Program-made: the position numbers and the translations under genes
The notes under the pieces: model-generated
Database searches by the model: none
Told to the model about the DNA's origin: nothing
The model's input: only the letters and a program-made list of their open reading frames with translations
Assembly (NCBI GenBank): GCA_964453785.1
Contig: CAYVRK010000015.1
Span: forward strand, 7,142-71,141
Reading direction: 5' to 3'
Source of the DNA: an uncultured Bacteroides sp.
Lineage (GTDB): Bacteria; Bacteroidota; Bacteroidia; Bacteroidales; GCA-2748055
DNA: 64,000 nucleotides
Shown: positions 16,036 through 25,465 of the stretch, one piece after another
How positions within the stretch are numbered: position 1 is the first letter of the stretch
Layout: every line of letters begins with the position of its first letter

Positions 16036-16719
16036 TTAGCTTTTGAAATGGACCTCTGTAGCCAAATACGTTTCAATTCTTTTCATGTCAATAAATGATC
16101 TGGTATCGGTGAGTACCTGAAGCATGTGCCATGGGACTTTCAGGGGTGGCCCGAAGAAAACGAGCGGATTCAACAACTGGGAAGACTCCCTGAATTGCTC
16201 CTCAACGATGCCGTCATACCACATCGCGTTGTCAGAGATCATCTTTTTTACCACATTCCGGTTGTAGTTCCAAAGGGGGTGCAGTTTCAGCGACAGGGGC
16301 GTATGTCCGTCGTGCCACCGGCTGATAAAGCGTTCATCATCCAGATTCGGTTTGCTGTGAAAAAGGGTCAGCAGGCATACGCCAGGGGTCGGACTCCGGT
16401 CTTCCCATGTTTTTTCATAGGCCACCGGAATTGCCTCCTCCACCTGGTACCCTCCGCCAAATCCACCGGTTCCTGAAAGGTGCAAGGAACAATCCTGCTT
16501 TCTTCCCGAAAGGGAAAATACCGCTATTTTATCTTTTTTAAAGGGAATAACAGAAATCGCAGGAGGACGCTTTGTGGTCAATGACATTTTTAATGTATCG
16601 GGGAGGCACTTTTCCAGTAAAGCATCAGCAAGTTCAAACATCCTGTCAGTAAAGCTTTTGTGGTCCTCCGAAGAAAGGCCCCTGAAGATATATATCTCTT
16701 TCTGCATTTCTTGTCTCAA
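16036..16719 (-). CDS. Hypothetical protein with an EthD-like (dimeric alpha/beta barrel) C-terminal half
   Basis: LTLFHSKPNLDDERFISRWHDGHTPLSLKLHPLWNYNRNVV fits the EthD pattern (short strand, 'eeF..yW...H.pl'). It is the first gene of the minus-strand operon. Confidence 0.55.
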   Translation of the reverse strand: MRQEMQKEIYIFRGLSSEDHKSFTDRMFELADALLEKCLPDTLKMSLTTKRPPAISVIPFKKDKIAVFSLSGRKQDCSLHLSGTGGFGGGYQVEEAIPVAYEKTWEDRSPTPGVCLLTLFHSKPNLDDERFISRWHDGHTPLSLKLHPLWNYNRNVVKKMISDNAMWYDGIVEEQFRESSQLLNPLVFFGPPLKVPWHMLQVLTDTRSFIDMKRIETYLATEVHFKS

Positions 16720-16768
16720 GGTTTTTCCTATTTTAAGCCTCCTAAAATAGCTCTTTTATATTGTTACA

Positions 16769-17821
16769 ATGGCATCAGATCAGACAATTCCTTCCGGGTA
16801 CAACATACTCCTTACCGGCGGTTCAGGGTTCCTGGGAACCTCCATCATTCAGGAAATCCTTGGCGAAGATACTTTGCTACCCGTTAAACAGCTCAGGGTA
16901 CTGGACCTGCTGCCGGTAAAGGGCCATTCAGATCCACGGATCAGTTTCATCCATGGAGATGTTAGGGACTCTGCCCTTCTTGTTACCGCCTGCAAAGAGA
17001 TCGACCTGGTTATTCATTCAGCGGCCATTGTGGACTGGGGAACCAAATCCCGGGAAGAGATTATGTCGGTCAATTTCCAGGGCACCCTCAATATGATTGA
17101 AGCCGCCAGATCCAACAAGGTCAGGGCAATGGTGTTTACCAGTTCCCTGGATGTCCTGTTTGACGGGAAACCCCTTCGGGATGTGAATGAAAAGACCCCT
17201 TATCCCGAAACCCATTCTACCTCTTACTGCGAGAGCAAATACCAGGCAGAAATGGCGGTGAAAAACGCCAATGATGACCAATTAAAAACATGTATCATCC
17301 GGCCTTCCGACATCTTTGGAGAAGGTGATCCCTACCACATCGGTTCACTCATTGATATGGCCAGGGGCGGATTCTATGTCAGGCTCGGAAACGGCAAATC
17401 AAAATGCCAGCATGTCTATGTGGGAAATGTGGCACATGCGCACATTGGTGCAGCGGCAGCCCTGTTGAACGGAGAGACCGTGGTGGAAGGACAGGCCTAT
17501 TTTATTACCGACGGACCCGCTACCAACTTTTTTACCTTTTTTGACCGCTTTGTAGAGGGAGCCGGCTACCGGATTTGGCCAAAAAATATCTGGCTTCCAC
17601 GCCGGCTGGCCTTCGGGATGGGATGTGTGTCAGAAGCAGTGGCTTTCCTGTGGAGGCCCATTAAAAAATACTCACCCAAGATGAGCCGGTTTGCTGTTAC
17701 CTATACCTGCACCGATTATACTTTTGGATCAGACAAAGCCCGTGACGAATTCGGTTTTGTTCCAAAGTACAGTCGTGAGGAAGCCTTCGACCGGACGGTG
17801 AAGTATTTCAGCAAGGATTAA
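16769..17821 (+). CDS. NAD-dependent epimerase/dehydratase, 3-beta-hydroxysteroid dehydrogenase/isomerase family
   Basis: It shows LLTGGSGFLGTSI (GxxGxxG) and YCESKYQAE (YxxxK). It is divergent from the sulfotransferase operon across a 49-bp gap. Confidence 0.85.
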   Translation: MASDQTIPSGYNILLTGGSGFLGTSIIQEILGEDTLLPVKQLRVLDLLPVKGHSDPRISFIHGDVRDSALLVTACKEIDLVIHSAAIVDWGTKSREEIMSVNFQGTLNMIEAARSNKVRAMVFTSSLDVLFDGKPLRDVNEKTPYPETHSTSYCESKYQAEMAVKNANDDQLKTCIIRPSDIFGEGDPYHIGSLIDMARGGFYVRLGNGKSKCQHVYVGNVAHAHIGAAAALLNGETVVEGQAYFITDGPATNFFTFFDRFVEGAGYRIWPKNIWLPRRLAFGMGCVSEAVAFLWRPIKKYSPKMSRFAVTYTCTDYTFGSDKARDEFGFVPKYSREEAFDRTVKYFSKD

Positions 17822-18069
17822 GGCGTAGCAGGAGTGCCCCTTTCTTCACAGGTCTGCCCTTTGTAAAATGTCCAGCTGACCCCGTTTACGCCAATATCGT
17901 CCCACTCTTCACACTCCGCTTTGGTCCAGCCGTCTTTGCAATAAGTGCTGTTGTATTCGGCGCTGTAGCCGGTGCAAACACCCGTACTGATCTTCGCACA
18001 ATTGGTAGCCAGGGCCAGCAGGCACGTGACTCCTGCGATGCTGATCAAATGCCGTACTCTTCTCATCAT
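17818..18069 (-). CDS. Small secreted Cys-rich protein (lipoprotein-like)
   Basis: An 83-aa product with a signal and lipobox-like LATNC, then six further Cys. I recognise no domain. Confidence 0.5.
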   Translation of the reverse strand: MMRRVRHLISIAGVTCLLALATNCAKISTGVCTGYSAEYNSTYCKDGWTKAECEEWDDIGVNGVSWTFYKGQTCEERGTPATP

Positions 18070-18121
18070 ATAGCGATTATCCAGAAAATAAATGAATGGT
18101 TAAAAATAGTTGATCTGCCGT

Positions 18122-19755
18122 CTATTTCAAAACCTGCATTTTTCTGACAAGGTAAGTCTCCCCTGCCCGCATGCAATAAAAATAGACTCCACCCGGGATA
18201 TCGGTCAAATGCATATCAACAGAATAGCTTCCCGGACCCAGTCGATCGTCCACTAGAAAGGTTACCACTTTTCCCATTACATCAAGAACCTTGATTTCCA
18301 CATAGCTCTCCTCTGGTATCTCGTAACGAATGGTTGATGAATTCCTGAAGGGATTTGGAACATTCTGATGAAGCATGAATTGTGGTGAAGCTTTCCGACC
18401 TTCCGTGGAAACAGTGGATGCGACAATGGAAAACGGTATAGCATCGGCAACGGAGACCCTGGTCAATGTGGTATCAGCTGCAGCTATGCGTACCGTATAG
18501 GTTCCCAGGAGAGTCTCCGGGAGATCGGCCCGGACGGTGTTGTTGGTAAAAAATCCATCGCCGGCAAACTCATCCCCAAAAGAACCATCGTCCACCAGCA
18601 TCCCGCTGTAAGGCCAGTCGGCCGTTAAGGCCCGGAACTTGAATACCCCTTCCTGGTAGGCATCAAAAGTCACCGCATGGATATCCCGACCCGGGTATGT
18701 CACATGTGCGGTGATGGTGGAGGTGGTCGATCCGTCGATGGCCACTTCATCCGGGTCAAACCTAATCTGTGAGATTGACGGAAGGCTGGTGATCGCGTCG
18801 GAGTCAATGGTGGCTATCCATATCTGGCGGGGTATGCTGGTTGATAGAAAGCAAAACTTGTCCCCGTTCCAAGGGGAACAGAGTACACATTGATCTCGTC
18901 AACACCCAGTTCTGTATTGAACTCTCTCCTAAATACAGTAAACATATCTCCGTCTACGTATGTTGCAAATGGTTGATTTCCTATCGCGTAATCGCCAATA
19001 TTATAAAAATCTGTGCCATCCACCGCAATGGCATCTCCCCTGTCCAGGTCGCCGGCAGCTATCTTGAAGATCCGTGTCCCAAGGACCATCCTGATACCAT
19101 CTGCGGAAATATCGAACCCATCCGCAAAAGCTACATTGAAGTCGTATTCAGCTGTATCAGTCCCAAACAGATCCTCCGCCATGTCATTGTAATTAAAGAT
19201 CTGTGTTAAATCTGAATCGTCGTAATTGACCCGCCAGACCCCTGAACCCCTAGGGTCCCTGCCCATATGTATAAAGAGCACCTGGCTACCGTCGGCGGTA
19301 ATGCGGGGTGGAAGGGGAATGATGGGCTCCATATCTGCAAAATTGGGATCGGGATTGGGAAGCAGGGTGGCTAATTCTAACAGGTTGCTGCCATCAGGAT
19401 TGGCAATGAATACCTCTCCTTCACCGTCGCACCAGATCACTTTGGTTCCGTTGGCGTTGATATCCACCGAAGGACCAAATCCTGTCCGCTCAAAATCATA
19501 AACCTGGGTCAGGTGCGTTCCATCCGAATCGATGGTATACACTTTCACTGCCGGACCGGAAGTGGCAAATACAATCCTGGTTCCATCTCCGCTAATCTTC
19601 ATAGCGGTAATGGAATAATCCGTTTCAAAATTGCTCACCTGCCTGTAATCGATCCCGTCAATTACCTCAACCTGGGCATTGGAAGCAAGGAAGGTGCAAA
19701 ACAGAAGGGGTAGCAAAGCTGCCAGATAGCAGCCGGCGGTTTTCTTTAAATCCAT
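18122..19755 (-). pseudogene. T9SS-secreted beta-propeller protein split by a frameshift (or sequencing error)
   Basis: ORF 18814..19755 has a signal peptide and TolB/PD40-like propeller repeats. ORF 18122..18745 ends in a T9SS C-terminal sorting domain (NVPNPFRNSSTIRYEIPEESYVEIKVLDVMGKVV...GVYFYCMRAGE). The downstream frame stays open up to 18898, so the two frames overlap across 18814-18898. Confidence 0.6.
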
Positions 19756-19924
19756 GGTTATGAACTTTTTGAATCCAAATTAAATGAACTGAACAGGGCA
19801 ACCCAAGAATTCAATTTACAGTGTAATTTTTGGAAAAGCAAAAAAGGATAGTTGGTTCTCCCGGGATGCAATTTCACCTAAATTCATTATCTTTTTTCCC
19901 GAATCCATAAGACCTGGAAAAACC

Positions 19925-20656
19925 ATGGAAAACTCAAAAACCTTTAAAGACAGCCTTTCACGAAGAAATTTCTTAATAAACACAGGCGCAATCTCTCTGG
20001 GATTGGCAGGATTAAGCACCGGTGCCATATCCTGTCAGGCAGATCCAGGCAAGGCAGGGAGTGCAGGAACGGCAGGGGAAAATAAGGGACAACTCTTCAT
20101 CGGGGAACCAGCGTCGCTTCAGGACAAAATCGAGCGGGTTCTGGTAGCAACCATCGGTATGCAACGGTTCGATTGGGAACAGGGCACGGTTGCCCAGGCG
20201 CTTCTGGAAATGGGTAAATTTGATCTGGTTGTTTCCTTTGCCCGTGCGGCCATCATGCGACAGGTGGAGGGGCGTTTCTCAGTGATCAAAGGGAATATGC
20301 CCATTACGGATTGTGCCAGTGTAGGGGAAGCTGTACTTTTTGCCGGCCAATTAACCGGAGACCCGATCTTCAGTCAGGGAGCAAACGAAATGCTTGAAGT
20401 GATTCACAATACAAATCATAAAAACGAGGAAGGAATTATTTATCACACCCAGGAACCGTTGAAATTCATCATGTCGGATGCCTTTTATATGCTGCCGCCC
20501 TTTCTTGCTGCTGCCGGCGAATTTGACGAGGCACTGAAACAGATTGAGGGCTACAGAAAGTATTTGTATCACCCGCAGGAGCAGCTTTATTCACATATCT
20601 GGGATGCCCCCAACCAACGATTTGAGCGGGAAGATTTCTGGGGGGTTGGAAACGGC
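19925..20656 (+). pseudogene. 3'-truncated GH88/GH105-type unsaturated glycuronyl/rhamnogalacturonyl hydrolase with a Tat signal
   Basis: The Tat leader is SRRNFLINTGAISLGLAG. GH88/105-like blocks follow (DWEQGTVAQALLE, FIMSDAFYMLPPFLA, YSHIWD, FWGVGNG). Similarity stops after WGVGNG at about 20656, and the remainder of the track ORF is antisense to the neighbouring gene. Confidence 0.65.
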
Positions 20657-20680
20657 TGCCAAAGATCTGGCAGGGTAGCC

Positions 20681-21646
20681 TTATTCATAATACTCAAACG
20701 CATCAATGATGTCCAGATAGACGCCATCGAAGCCCGCATCCAGGATCTTTCCCAGGTAAGAATCATCACTTCCGTAAATGATGGCCTGCCACTCCTCTTC
20801 CCAGTACCACACCTTGAAATTCCCCTCCCAGGCCGGATTTTCACCATCCATCCACGAGGGAGGGTTCTTTTTCCAGTCATCCTGCCAGTAGTACCTGTAA
20901 TCTTCGGCCTCACCGATGGACATGTAGGCAATCACCAGCCGTGAGCCCCCGTTGGCCTTGCTTTTCAACTGTTCGATCTCCGCAGCAGAAAAGGGAGAGT
21001 CATCGTTGAAAAAGAGGTCCATGATCAGGAGATCATAATTGGAGGAAGTGACGGCCTGGATGAAATCCTGTTTGGTATTGAATCTCCCCGGATTGATCAT
21101 GTACAGGAAGTTGTGGACCTCCTGCAGATTTTGGATTTCCGCATCATTCTCCCCATAAATGGGATCCGGGTATCCGGGAATGCGGTCCAGCTCCCTGTTG
21201 TTGGCTGCAAATGAGACATAGCCTTCAGCATGGTTCCGGGTGTATGAATCATCCATGTTGGAAGGGGTGGAACAGTAATCGGTGACCAGGATGGTGTTTC
21301 CCCCGGCCAGGGATCTGTCCAGGAATGACCGCAGGTAGACATTTTCACTTTCCGGGGTGGCCTTGTCGTCTTTGCTATACCCGTAAAACAGGTCCTCCTG
21401 TCCGTGACCGTCAATGGCCTCCAGATAATCCGTATGAACCGGACCATCGGATTCGCCATTGGTTGTTACCAGTTCAATACCGTTCTGGGGAATCACGATG
21501 AAGGAATTATCCAAGGCCCTGGCATATTCGCTGATCCCGATCACAAACTCCCGCATCTCGCCGCGAAAATCAATATCTCCGGGTACATCATCACCACATG
21601 AAACCAGCACAAGAGCGATTGCCAAAAAACAGATTGGTTTTCTCAT
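20681..21646 (-). CDS. GH114-like (TM1410/endo-alpha-1,4-polygalactosaminidase family) lipoprotein
   Basis: It has a lipobox (LVSCGDD) and the blocks YMSIGEAEDYRYYW and GFDGVYLDIIDAFEY, which are characteristic of the Glyco_hydro_114 TIM barrel. Confidence 0.7.
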   Translation of the reverse strand: MRKPICFLAIALVLVSCGDDVPGDIDFRGEMREFVIGISEYARALDNSFIVIPQNGIELVTTNGESDGPVHTDYLEAIDGHGQEDLFYGYSKDDKATPESENVYLRSFLDRSLAGGNTILVTDYCSTPSNMDDSYTRNHAEGYVSFAANNRELDRIPGYPDPIYGENDAEIQNLQEVHNFLYMINPGRFNTKQDFIQAVTSSNYDLLIMDLFFNDDSPFSAAEIEQLKSKANGGSRLVIAYMSIGEAEDYRYYWQDDWKKNPPSWMDGENPAWEGNFKVWYWEEEWQAIIYGSDDSYLGKILDAGFDGVYLDIIDAFEYYE

Positions 21647-21775
21647 ATGAACAAGGTAATAAGGAAACCTGAGGAATCAAAGGCCAATCCGGCTTCCCAA
21701 ATCCTTTTATCGAAGAATCCAACATAAAACCTTATCTTTTCTGAAGAAATTCCAATCATTTAAAAACACTTCGAT

Positions 21776-22378
21776 ATGAAAAAGATCTCCATGCTTTCAA
21801 TGATAGTTCTCCTGTACTGCCAGGGAGTGATTCTTGCACAGACGGAACCTATTTTCAACGGGAAGGACCTGACGGGCTGGACCATCTACGGGACCGAAAA
21901 ATGGTATGTGGAAGACGGATTGCTGGTGTGTGAAAGCGGTCCTGACAAGGAATACGGCTACCTGGGAACAGAGAAGGAATATGATAATTTTGAGCTCACA
22001 CTTGAATTCAGGCAGGGTGCCGACGGGAACAGCGGGGTATTCTTCCGTTCATCCATCGAAGGGACGAAAATTGCCGGCTGGCAGGTGGAAGTCGCCCCTC
22101 CGGGCAACAATACCGGAGGCATCTACGAATCCTACGGGAGGGGATGGCTCATCACACCCGACCCGGAACTTGACAGGTATCTGAAATTCGGTGACTGGAA
22201 CACCATGAAGATACGTGTGGAAGGCGACCAGGTGGACACATGGCTGAACGGGAACAAGATGGTTTCATTGAAGGATGCAAAGATCGGAGAAGGAAAAGGG
22301 ATCATTGCTCTTCAAATTCACTCCGGAGGGGGTATAAAAGTTCAATGGAGAAACCTGAACATCCGGGTGATTGAGTAA
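21776..22378 (+). CDS. DUF1080 (3-keto-disaccharide hydrolase-like) secreted protein
   Basis: There is a signal peptide followed by LFNGKDLTGWTIYG...WYVEDGLL...YDNFELTLEFR...GNSGVFFRS...IALQIHSGG. Confidence 0.8.
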   Translation: MKKISMLSMIVLLYCQGVILAQTEPIFNGKDLTGWTIYGTEKWYVEDGLLVCESGPDKEYGYLGTEKEYDNFELTLEFRQGADGNSGVFFRSSIEGTKIAGWQVEVAPPGNNTGGIYESYGRGWLITPDPELDRYLKFGDWNTMKIRVEGDQVDTWLNGNKMVSLKDAKIGEGKGIIALQIHSGGGIKVQWRNLNIRVIE

Positions 22379-22381
22379 TAC

Positions 22382-22861
22382 CTATTCGATGATTGAAGTG
22401 CAACCTGGCAAACCCGTGCTGATTTTCCGGTTCAACTCTTTTACCAGGTCTTTATAATTGCTTTTGTTCCCGCAATTATACAATGCCTCAAAGGGGTTCT
22501 TTTCCAGGATGTGATCATACAACTCCTGCAATGATGGAGCAGCATCCATTTCAGCGTACTCCTCATAGGTATAGGATGTAAAGGCAGTGTTTGCACTGAT
22601 CCCTCTTGTGTCCAGCAGATAGCCCTTCTTTAACCTGACCGGCAGCGCAAGCGCTCCATCATGATACAGATCGGCCGGAGCAGGATAGGATACGATCCTG
22701 TCTTTACGCTCATTTAAGCGGACCGGCACCTTGTTGAAGTAATCCGCAGCAGTTTTATAAACCATGATGGGAGCCTGGTCATTAATCAATCCTGTATTGA
22801 TTTTGGTGGTACTGCAAGAGACCAGAAGGGCTCCGAGGATGATATATATTGCCCTTCTCAT
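22382..22861 (-). CDS. Hypothetical lipoprotein, translationally coupled to the C10 protease gene
   Basis: It has a lipobox (LLVSCS). Its ATG overlaps the C10 stop (ATGA at 22858-22861). Confidence 0.7.
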   Translation of the reverse strand: MRRAIYIILGALLVSCSTTKINTGLINDQAPIMVYKTAADYFNKVPVRLNERKDRIVSYPAPADLYHDGALALPVRLKKGYLLDTRGISANTAFTSYTYEEYAEMDAAPSLQELYDHILEKNPFEALYNCGNKSNYKDLVKELNRKISTGLPGCTSIIE

Positions 22862-25443
22862 TGCTTGACGATTTTACGTACCGTGGTCTGATCCTGCTGC
22901 AGGATATGGATGTAATAGATACCCTCACTCAGATTTGAAACGTCAATGGTGGTATTTTCAGAATGCTTCTCAACACCCACTATCATCCTTCCTTTCGCAT
23001 CAAATAAATCAATCCTTTCAATTACTGCAGTTCCCTCAATAATAATCAGATCATCAGCCGGATTGGGATAAATTTTCAATTTCTGTTCTTCAGGAATCCC
23101 GACCGATACTGCCTCGGTGCGGTTCACCTGAATATCCAGCAGGTAGGTGCCGGTTTCTCCTTCAAAATAAGGGACCACTACAAAGACGATTTCACTGCCT
23201 CCCGGGACTTCAATAGCGCCTGGCATGACATCGTCGTATACTTCTGACCATTTTTTATCTGAATAATATGCCCAGAGCACGTCGTTGGTATAGATCTCCT
23301 GGTTCCCGCTGTTGTAGGAGTCATGCGTTCTTGCCGAAATGGTATAATCATATCCCTCTTCAAGAGCAATGCCGTAAAAATCAATATCATCTCCAACGTG
23401 AGAGTTGGAACCTGTGGTGGTGATGTTTGCATTGTTTCCGGTATAGCTCAGCATGAGCATATATGGATTCTCTTCAGAATCATTCTCCTCATACATATCC
23501 GGATCCAGGGGAGCCTCCATGACAACAACCTTCGTTGGATTCGTATAATAGGAGGCTCCTGATAATGTCCATTCACCCCCATCCGGTAAATGAAACAATG
23601 CCATCAGATATGTACCCGGATCTATGGAAACACCATTGGAGGAAAATTCCAGATCTTCATAAAAGTAGCCAGGTTCCAAATCAGCTCCGCTAATTTCTTC
23701 AACAGGGGCAGCATATTCAATATCCATGCTTAACAAATCTATTGAGAATGTGCCATAGAATGTGGAATCCCCGTCGTTCAGAATATCTGCAGTTACGGTG
23801 AATGGTTCATTTTGAGTAATGGAGGTTCCTGTGCTGATTTCAAAATCCTTGTACAATTCCATGTCACTGGAGTGGGTGACTTTGAAATACAACAGATTGG
23901 AATAATCCCCGTCACCGATGACTTTCCAGTTTTCGCCTGCGGGCCTGTAGTAAGCTTCAGCCAGATACCACGCCGGGACCATTGATACAGATCCGGGATT
24001 TGAGAAGGTTAAACCAGCTTTATAGTGCATTCCTCCCTCAAGGGTCTCCCCTTCTTTGATTTCTGCAAATTCGACGAAATTATTATCCATGTCAAAAATG
24101 GCCACACAATAATCCCCGCTAAATGCCGTCTCACCAAAATTTCCAATATCCATATGTATTGTGAAAGGATTGCCCCATAGTATAGAATAATCGGAAATAG
24201 TCAGGCTATCGTACAAGGCAAGTTCATGGTCAGTCATTTCAACGGGCGGCCTGATCCCAATCACTGCCTGGTGTCCGGTGTTGTATCCGCCGGAACCTCC
24301 TCCTGTACCGGTTCCTAACGGATCCATGGCATCAAGAGCGAAAAAACCATCGTAATATCCTCCCCAACCCCAGTTAAAGTGAAAGAAGTCATTGGCATCA
24401 AAACCATCACATACAAATGCATGTCCGCCACCGGTACCGTAACCTACATATTCTATGGGGCGCCCCGATTCGAGTTCTGTCTTTAACATTTGAATCCAAT
24501 CATCTGTTGCGTAGCTGTCGTCCCGTAAAACACCTTTCAGGCTGTTGTCATAACCAAAATACTCTTTGAATGCATATTCTGAACAATGTTCAACCGGACT
24601 TTCATCTGATATTACATAGGCACCTGAACCGTTTGCGCTGTAATCCATCTCTACGCTTACACCACAATGGAACATCAGGGTAGCCACAGCCATGTTCTCA
24701 CTGTTTACCGTATTGGTCATTGATTCCCAATCATAAGTGGTATTCCCAAAGTTTGCAGAGAGGGTTCCGAAACTGGAATGGTTGTAGGAATGAAATCCAT
24801 TGCCTGTTTCGGGATAATTCCAGTATTTCATGATCTGGGCCATGGCGGTTGCCACACATCCGGTGACAGAATTCTCATTGCTCTCCGCATCATAGGGGCA
24901 CAGATCATTAAAATAGGGGCTTTGATCCCATTGGGTAGCAAGCAGAGGCCCTATGGCCGTTGTGGATTTAGTCGCATCACCGCTCTTCCCGGAAACCAAT
25001 CGTTCCCATTGATTTTCTATTTCCCTGGATGCCGGTTCCGGGTTTGACCGGGCAAACCTTATCTGGCTTTTATAACCCTCTATCCATTTCCGGAAATTAT
25101 CGGGCATTTTGGAAACATCCGGGTTGTTTTTCAGTGAATATCCCAGAACCGGCGTTGCCTCATCATCTCCTGAAACAAGGATATAGCCTCCATTTTCATT
25201 TATTTGAAACAGATAGATGAGATTCTCACCTGCAGAAGCTGATTTTTTTAAACTCTTCTCAAAGGAGCGGGTGGTTGAAAACTGAACCTGCGTCAGACTG
25301 AAATTTCCTGAGCCCTTCAATCCCGGTGCTGTGTTCAACATTAGAAAATTCTTCGCCACCGTTTGTGCCTTTTCAACAGGAACTTCTTTTGCAAAAAGCG
25401 GTAACGATAATACGAGCAGAACGAAGATAATCCTTGATCTCAC
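22858..25443 (-). CDS. C10 (streptopain/SpeB-like) cysteine peptidase with an N-terminal Spi-type prodomain and a T9SS C-terminal sorting domain
   Basis: QWDQSPYFNDLCPYD...VTGCVATAMAQIMKYWNYP places the catalytic Cys, and GGHAFVCDGFD the His. The C-terminus is KIYPNPADDLIIIEG...GIYYIHILQQDQTTVRKIVKQ. Confidence 0.9.
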   Translation of the reverse strand: MRSRIIFVLLVLSLPLFAKEVPVEKAQTVAKNFLMLNTAPGLKGSGNFSLTQVQFSTTRSFEKSLKKSASAGENLIYLFQINENGGYILVSGDDEATPVLGYSLKNNPDVSKMPDNFRKWIEGYKSQIRFARSNPEPASREIENQWERLVSGKSGDATKSTTAIGPLLATQWDQSPYFNDLCPYDAESNENSVTGCVATAMAQIMKYWNYPETGNGFHSYNHSSFGTLSANFGNTTYDWESMTNTVNSENMAVATLMFHCGVSVEMDYSANGSGAYVISDESPVEHCSEYAFKEYFGYDNSLKGVLRDDSYATDDWIQMLKTELESGRPIEYVGYGTGGGHAFVCDGFDANDFFHFNWGWGGYYDGFFALDAMDPLGTGTGGGSGGYNTGHQAVIGIRPPVEMTDHELALYDSLTISDYSILWGNPFTIHMDIGNFGETAFSGDYCVAIFDMDNNFVEFAEIKEGETLEGGMHYKAGLTFSNPGSVSMVPAWYLAEAYYRPAGENWKVIGDGDYSNLLYFKVTHSSDMELYKDFEISTGTSITQNEPFTVTADILNDGDSTFYGTFSIDLLSMDIEYAAPVEEISGADLEPGYFYEDLEFSSNGVSIDPGTYLMALFHLPDGGEWTLSGASYYTNPTKVVVMEAPLDPDMYEENDSEENPYMLMLSYTGNNANITTTGSNSHVGDDIDFYGIALEEGYDYTISARTHDSYNSGNQEIYTNDVLWAYYSDKKWSEVYDDVMPGAIEVPGGSEIVFVVVPYFEGETGTYLLDIQVNRTEAVSVGIPEEQKLKIYPNPADDLIIIEGTAVIERIDLFDAKGRMIVGVEKHSENTTIDVSNLSEGIYYIHILQQDQTTVRKIVKQ

Positions 25444-25465
25444 AATGGTAGGTTTTATAAATAGG

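Noticed and set aside
14849-16039. 396-aa plus-strand ORF opposite the DUF1214-like gene
   Set aside because: It is antisense to an operon member that is coupled to the sulfotransferase. It has no recognisable features and a skewed composition.
20657-20944. C-terminal 96 codons of the track ORF 19925..20944
   Set aside because: Similarity to GH88/GH105 stops at WGVGNG. This tail is the reverse complement of the GH114-like gene's C-terminus, so it is treated as read-through of a truncated gene.
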